From: a virus
Lineage: Duplodnaviria > Caudoviricetes
IMG/VR virus record: IMGVR_UViG_3300020369_000005
Location: 1 to 46,522 of that record
Direction: 5' to 3' (one strand)
Length of the DNA stretch: 46,522 nucleotides
Position numbers and translations under genes: made by a program. Positions 42,592 through 46,522 of this stretch are shown here, piece by piece (within the stretch, counting starts at the first letter, position 1; each line of letters starts with the position of its first letter). A model generated the notes under the pieces. It had not been told where the DNA came from. It saw only the letters and a list, made by a program, of their open reading frames with translations, and did not search any database.

Positions 42592-44297
42592 CCCACTTCC
42601 CCTGATTCGTATATTGATGGTGTTGCAATGGGTTCGCGCATTTGCAACATTGCCTCGCCTATTGCCATGATCAGCGCTACCGCGCCATCTATTTTATTTA
42701 TGGCTTTTTGTTTTATTGGCCGCACTACGTCGTCGTTACCTTGTAGGTGTTTGCCGATTACGTTTGATATTTGCCAGGTCATTAATGCGTTGCCGTCGTG
42801 GTGAAAACGCCCTGAGTTTATGGCGGCCTCTAACTCTTTCATTGGGTCTGAAAGGTTGGTGTAATTTTGCGTGACAGTCACAACGTTTAACCCTTCATCC
42901 ATTAGGTTGTGCCCTAAGTTTGTGGCACCGTGTGGATCGAGGGGGATTGATATACTTGGCGTTTGTAGGTGGCTTTCGATTACGTCGGCGAGTATGTCGC
43001 GGTAGTCGATTTCGGCCCCGTCGGTTACGCTGAGTAAACCTTGATTTAGGTAACGCTGGTATTGCTGTTCAAGCTGCTTGTTTTCGTTGTTGAATACTTG
43101 CTCGTAAGGCACCCAAAATTTAGGGGCGATACAATACCAGTGCGTTTTGCCGCCAATGCCTTTCCAAAATATACGGGCCTTTGAGTTCATATCGAGCTTA
43201 CGCGCTAAGTCGAGTGCTTGCACACAGTCTGTGCCTTTAAAGTCCTCTATTTTTAAACTGGTATCTTCGCAGGCGTTGTATTTTTCCATGTTGAAAAAAG
43301 CGCTTTTGGCGCTGGCCCACATGTTTAAATGCTTGGTTTTAAATATGTTGGTAAAGCGCGGGCTGTTAATTGCTTTTTGCTGCTGCGCCAGTAAAAAATC
43401 TGCTTTTACACTTATGCCGTAATTTGGATTGGCTTTAATTAATACGGCGGGGTCTGTCCAGTCGTCGCCCTCGTCGATACCGTAAAGCAGGGCGAATAAA
43501 TGATCGTCCTCTGTGCCATTTAACATGGCTTTACAGCGTAGTTCTAAATCATAACAAGGGCTATCAAGGTTTGTGCCTGCGGTTGTTATGGTTAGGATCA
43601 TGGGCTGTTCACGTGAACCCATGCCGGTGTCGAATGTGTCGTATTGTTCGCTTGTTGGCTGTTCGTGGTATTCGTCTACGATTGCTATGTGCGGTGAACT
43701 ACCATCGCCAGGTTGCCCGATCACTGGCTCGAATACTGAGCCGTCACTACGTGTTAATTTTTTTGCGTGTATCTGCAGGCCAAAACGCTTACGCAGCTTT
43801 GGTAATTTACTTGCCATTATTAGCGCGGGTTTGAATACTTCCCATGCTTGCTTTTCGTTTGTTGCGCCACAATAAACCTCGCTGCCGTATTCTTGATCGG
43901 CACATAAACCAAATATGCCCACACCGGCTGCAATAATTGATTTACCATTTTTACGCGGTACTTTTAGCATTACTTCGCGAAAACGGCGTTTACCATTTTT
44001 CTTAAGAACCCAGCCAAATGACGCGGCGAAAAAAAACAATTGCCATGGCTCTAGTGTTATACGTAATTTACGCCGCGCCCACTCGCCTTTGGTGTGCGGC
44101 ATTTTTTGTATAAACGTACAAATGCGCTCGGCTTTGGCTTTATCAAATCTAAATTTAAAGTGGGGGTCTTTTTCTTTTGCCAGTTCGTCTAAGTGACGTT
44201 GGCAAGCTTGTATTACTTGACGGCAATTTGGGATTTTACCCGCAACAACATCACGGGCATATTTGTTTGCCGCGTTTACGTTGGGGTAAGTGGCCAT
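42585..44297 (-). CDS. terL: Terminase large subunit
   Basis: LEPWQ.F, PRKNGKS (Walker A), IVDEYH, ITTAG, ANPN.G, LDLA, KIDG.VA..MA. Confidence 0.96.
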   Translation of the reverse strand: MATYPNVNAANKYARDVVAGKIPNCRQVIQACQRHLDELAKEKDPHFKFRFDKAKAERICTFIQKMPHTKGEWARRKLRITLEPWQLFFFAASFGWVLKKNGKRRFREVMLKVPRKNGKSIIAAGVGIFGLCADQEYGSEVYCGATNEKQAWEVFKPALIMASKLPKLRKRFGLQIHAKKLTRSDGSVFEPVIGQPGDGSSPHIAIVDEYHEQPTSEQYDTFDTGMGSREQPMILTITTAGTNLDSPCYDLELRCKAMLNGTEDDHLFALLYGIDEGDDWTDPAVLIKANPNYGISVKADFLLAQQQKAINSPRFTNIFKTKHLNMWASAKSAFFNMEKYNACEDTSLKIEDFKGTDCVQALDLARKLDMNSKARIFWKGIGGKTHWYCIAPKFWVPYEQVFNNENKQLEQQYQRYLNQGLLSVTDGAEIDYRDILADVIESHLQTPSISIPLDPHGATNLGHNLMDEGLNVVTVTQNYTNLSDPMKELEAAINSGRFHHDGNALMTWQISNVIGKHLQGNDDVVRPIKQKAINKIDGAVALIMAIGEAMLQMREPIATPSIYESGEVGC

Positions 44298-44300
44298 TTT

Positions 44301-44744
44301 TTAAAACTCTTTAAAGTCGTCCTCGTCCTCGTCTTTTTCACCTTTGCCGCCGCTTAACATTCTGGCACGGGCCATGGGTGATAAGCCAAGCTGATTAGCT
44401 AACCTTATTGATTGATTTACTATTAGGTTATGCGCGGTTACGTGCGGGTGTAACTTTAGGCTGCCCGAGCTTGATACATCGGTAAAATTTTCTATGTCGG
44501 TTAATTGGGCCTCAAGCTTTATAATTTTGCTTATCGCATTACAGTAATTTATTAAATGCGGTATATCTTCGGCGGCGAACGATTGACGCTCAAACATAAT
44601 TCCCAAATTTGAGTGCCACGCGTCTATTGCATGCTGATCAGCTAGTAGCGGTTTTGGGCAGTTTGGTTTTTTTTTAATTGACGTATCGCCAACCGTTAAA
44701 CCGTTAGCAATTTTGCCAGCACCAGGCGAGCGTGTTTGGGCCAT
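44301..44744 (-). CDS. terS: Terminase small subunit (P27 family)
   Basis: P..L...A...W, YC, HP, LGLSP.AR. Confidence 0.9.
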   Translation of the reverse strand: MAQTRSPGAGKIANGLTVGDTSIKKKPNCPKPLLADQHAIDAWHSNLGIMFERQSFAAEDIPHLINYCNAISKIIKLEAQLTDIENFTDVSSSGSLKLHPHVTAHNLIVNQSIRLANQLGLSPMARARMLSGGKGEKDEDEDDFKEF

Positions 44745-44769
44745 TTTGAACCTGCAACAAATGTTAATT

Positions 44770-44890
44770 TGATGATCGGTAAAAGATCATAGATTGATCA
44801 AATTTCAATTCTTATTATTTGCGTGTAAAAATTTGACTGGATGGCGGTACTGTAGAATGGGCTTTCTATAGACAAAAAAGACCCCCCTAC
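44770..44890 (-). other. Putative cos / packaging region
   Basis: Between HNH and terS. Minus strand GGGGGGTC...ACCGCCATCCAGTCAAATTTTTACACGC resembles HK97/P27-like cos regions. Confidence 0.55.
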
Positions 44891-45312
44891 CTCTGTAAAT
44901 TCAGATTTATTGCGGTGTGCGCGTATCTTTCTAGTATTTGAGCAACCGTTTTGTTTCTTTCCCATCCTGTTTTAGTTTTTGCACAAGAATTACAGAAGAA
45001 CGAAAGATTTGTAAGCTGTTCCGTACCACCTTTAGCAACCGGCACAATGTGCTCACAGATAGAACCTGATTTAACAATCGGCTTTGGTTTTGTTAAGCAG
45101 TTAATACATAAACATTTAGCTAAATTCTTTACGTGTTCGCGGGTTTGTTTCCATGCTTTGGTTGTATAAACACGCTTGCCTTTGCGGCTTTGTTGCTGCT
45201 GATACTTACCCCAACTTGCTTGGCTTTCGTGTGCCTCGCAATAGCCGTGGCGCTCGGTTGTTGTCTTTCCGCAACCTTGTACGCGGCATCGCTTTGGTGT
45301 TGCATGTGCCAT
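44887..45312 (-). CDS. Packaging-associated HNH endonuclease
   Basis: C...GC...GYC.AH, CINC, EHIVP..GG...NL...CNSC..KT; upstream of terS. Confidence 0.88.
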   Translation of the reverse strand: MAHATPKRCRVQGCGKTTTERHGYCEAHESQASWGKYQQQQSRKGKRVYTTKAWKQTREHVKNLAKCLCINCLTKPKPIVKSGSICEHIVPVAKGGTEQLTNLSFFCNSCAKTKTGWERNKTVAQILERYAHTAINLNLQR

Positions 45313-45410
45313 AATAACCCCGTTACATATTGAATAAGTATTTAGGTAATACCTATTTAATATATATTAAGTATCTCGCTGGCCTGTATCAACTAAGCCA
45401 ACGAGTGGGT

Positions 45411-45695
45411 TTACTTCTTGTCCTGCGTTTCTATAGACCTTAACCGCTGATTAAATAGCGCCATATCCTTTTCGATACGTGAGCGCCATACAGCCGAGTC
45501 AGTCGAGTTGTTTTGCAAGTCTTTCAATATAATTGATTGACCCGCCAATCTTTCCTCAATACGCGCATATTGCAATTGATTCTGATTAACTGTTAAGCCA
45601 ACCCAGCTAAGCATACCGATAATTACAGCGGTCAATACAGCCATAGAAACTTTTTCAAAAGCTAGCGCGCGGCGCTCGACTTGGTTATTTTTCAT
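45411..45695 (-). CDS. Single-TM coiled-coil protein (possible holin/antiholin or accessory lysis protein)
   Basis: One TM followed by heptads, directly after the spanins. Confidence 0.5.
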   Translation of the reverse strand: MKNNQVERRALAFEKVSMAVLTAVIIGMLSWVGLTVNQNQLQYARIEERLAGQSIILKDLQNNSTDSAVWRSRIEKDMALFNQRLRSIETQDKK

Positions 45696-45960
45696 ATTTG
45701 GCCCGCCACTTTCTTAATGCTGCTTTATCCATACTGCACAACACATTTTTATTATGAGATTTAATAGCAAACGTTAACAGTTCGCGGTTAGTTGTTAGCG
45801 TTGAATACTTAACACTACAATCATTAAGGAGGTAGACCGGCGGCAACACCGGCACTTGCTTTGTTATCGTTATTACTTTTGGTTCGGGTGGCGTTGAGTA
45901 GCACCCGCTTAACATCATCAGGTAAAGGAGTATTACCCCAATCTTTATTGGCCTGATCAT
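45685..45960 (-). CDS. o-spanin (Rz1-like lipoprotein)
   Basis: Lipobox LSGC, Pro-rich, LL.DC, C..D...LR.W; starts inside the i-spanin gene. Confidence 0.85.
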   Translation of the reverse strand: MIRPIKIGVILLYLMMLSGCYSTPPEPKVITITKQVPVLPPVYLLNDCSVKYSTLTTNRELLTFAIKSHNKNVLCSMDKAALRKWRAKYEK

Positions 45961-46270
45961 AAATGAACACCTCTTTTAGCTTAGTTTGCACAACGGTTTG
46001 TTGTTCTGTTACATCGGCCAAACTAACAAGATGATCATTAAACATTCTTTCTTGGGTCTTAATGTCGGCCATTAACTTAAGTTTATCTGCTTCACTTGAT
46101 TGCAGTTCAACACCCAGCTTGGCGAGCTTATCAGTTAACGCATTATTTTTTTCAGTTAAGCTTTCACTTAATGCAATAGCGCCGTTATATTTATCAACCA
46201 ACACATACCCACCAACTGAAACAGACACAGCAAGGGCCGCAAATAAAGCAGTTTTATTTAGTGATAACAT
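45824..46270 (-). CDS. i-spanin (Rz-like)
   Basis: N-terminal TM, coiled coil, W..TPLPDDV.R.L. Confidence 0.85.
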   Translation of the reverse strand: MLSLNKTALFAALAVSVSVGGYVLVDKYNGAIALSESLTEKNNALTDKLAKLGVELQSSEADKLKLMADIKTQERMFNDHLVSLADVTEQQTVVQTKLKEVFIYDQANKDWGNTPLPDDVKRVLLNATRTKSNNDNKASAGVAAGLPP

Positions 46271-46522
46271 GGCAACCTCGCTTTTATTTGTAATTGATAA
46301 CGCCTAATATGCTGCACATATTCAATGGTTTCTCTTGAAAAGTGACCTGTCACATCGGGTAAGTATTGGATTATATGAGGGTAAAGAACCTCGCCGCCGC
46401 TAAGCTTTTGCGCTTTAAGGCAATTGCCTGCACCGGCGTTGTAATTGCATAGCGCCAAGTTTTCGCGGTCATACTCTGGCCGAGGGCTCGACCAAAAAGA
46501 ATATTGCTGCTGCATATAACGG
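46258..46522 (-). CDS. Lytic transglycosylase endolysin, C-terminal part
   Basis: RYMQQQ...LALCNYNAGAGN...ETIEYV carries the SLT motif III (YNAG) and ET..YV. Frame is open to the window end. Confidence 0.88.
   Translation of the reverse strand, partial: RYMQQQYSFWSSPRPEYDRENLALCNYNAGAGNCLKAQKLSGGEVLYPHIIQYLPDVTGHFSRETIEYVQHIRRYQLQIKARLPCYH

Larger units (their letters stand above)
1..46522. mobile_element. Complete or near-complete circular phage-plasmid (temperate siphovirus with plasmid replicons)
   Basis: Full set of head, tail, packaging and lysis genes together with Rep plus iterons, ParA and resolvase. No host housekeeping genes seen. The SLT gene continues across the two ends. Confidence 0.9.

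Noticed and set aside
1-46522. N15-like linear phage-plasmid
   Set aside because: No protelomerase or long telomere palindrome recognised. The resolvase/res site and the gene spanning the junction favour a circle.

Overview
This looks like an essentially complete ~46.5 kb circular temperate siphovirus that is also a plasmid (phage-plasmid). The host is probably a marine gammaproteobacterium, possibly Pseudoalteromonas; that is an inference only. The lytic transglycosylase gene is split across the two window ends, which indicates a circle opened inside that gene. A long minus-strand late region runs from about 1000 through the junction down to 22993. It carries lysis genes, HNH, TerS/TerL, an HK97-type portal, S49 protease and capsid, head-tail connectors, tail tube, a frameshifted chaperone pair, tape measure, a J-like tip protein, a tail fibre and its chaperone. 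Plasmid functions are a Rep_3 initiator with 5+4 22-bp iterons, a second IncFII-RepA-like initiator, type Ib ParA plus a small partner, and a serine resolvase with a res site. A tyrosine recombinase with intact catalytic motifs is also present. Regulation comprises a cro/cI switch whose CI lacks the autocleavage residues, a 15-bp operator (AACAC-N5-GTGTT) at about 12 sites genome-wide, a second 11-bp operator, a C4-type antisense RNA in front of a Rha-family gene, and a Q-like antiterminator with a pR'/tR'-like late control region. Anti-defence genes are an Acb2-like anti-CBASS sponge and two DNA methyltransferases. The best candidate for an undescribed system is the cassette at 11662-13772. 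It encodes a 58-aa precursor-like peptide with two tandem cores (LQGSxGIIILNPKKPK) whose differences are mostly synonymous, followed by a ~6-TM membrane protein, a single-pass membrane protein and a second CI-like HTH regulator. This could be a peptide communication or sensing system in a Gram-negative phage.
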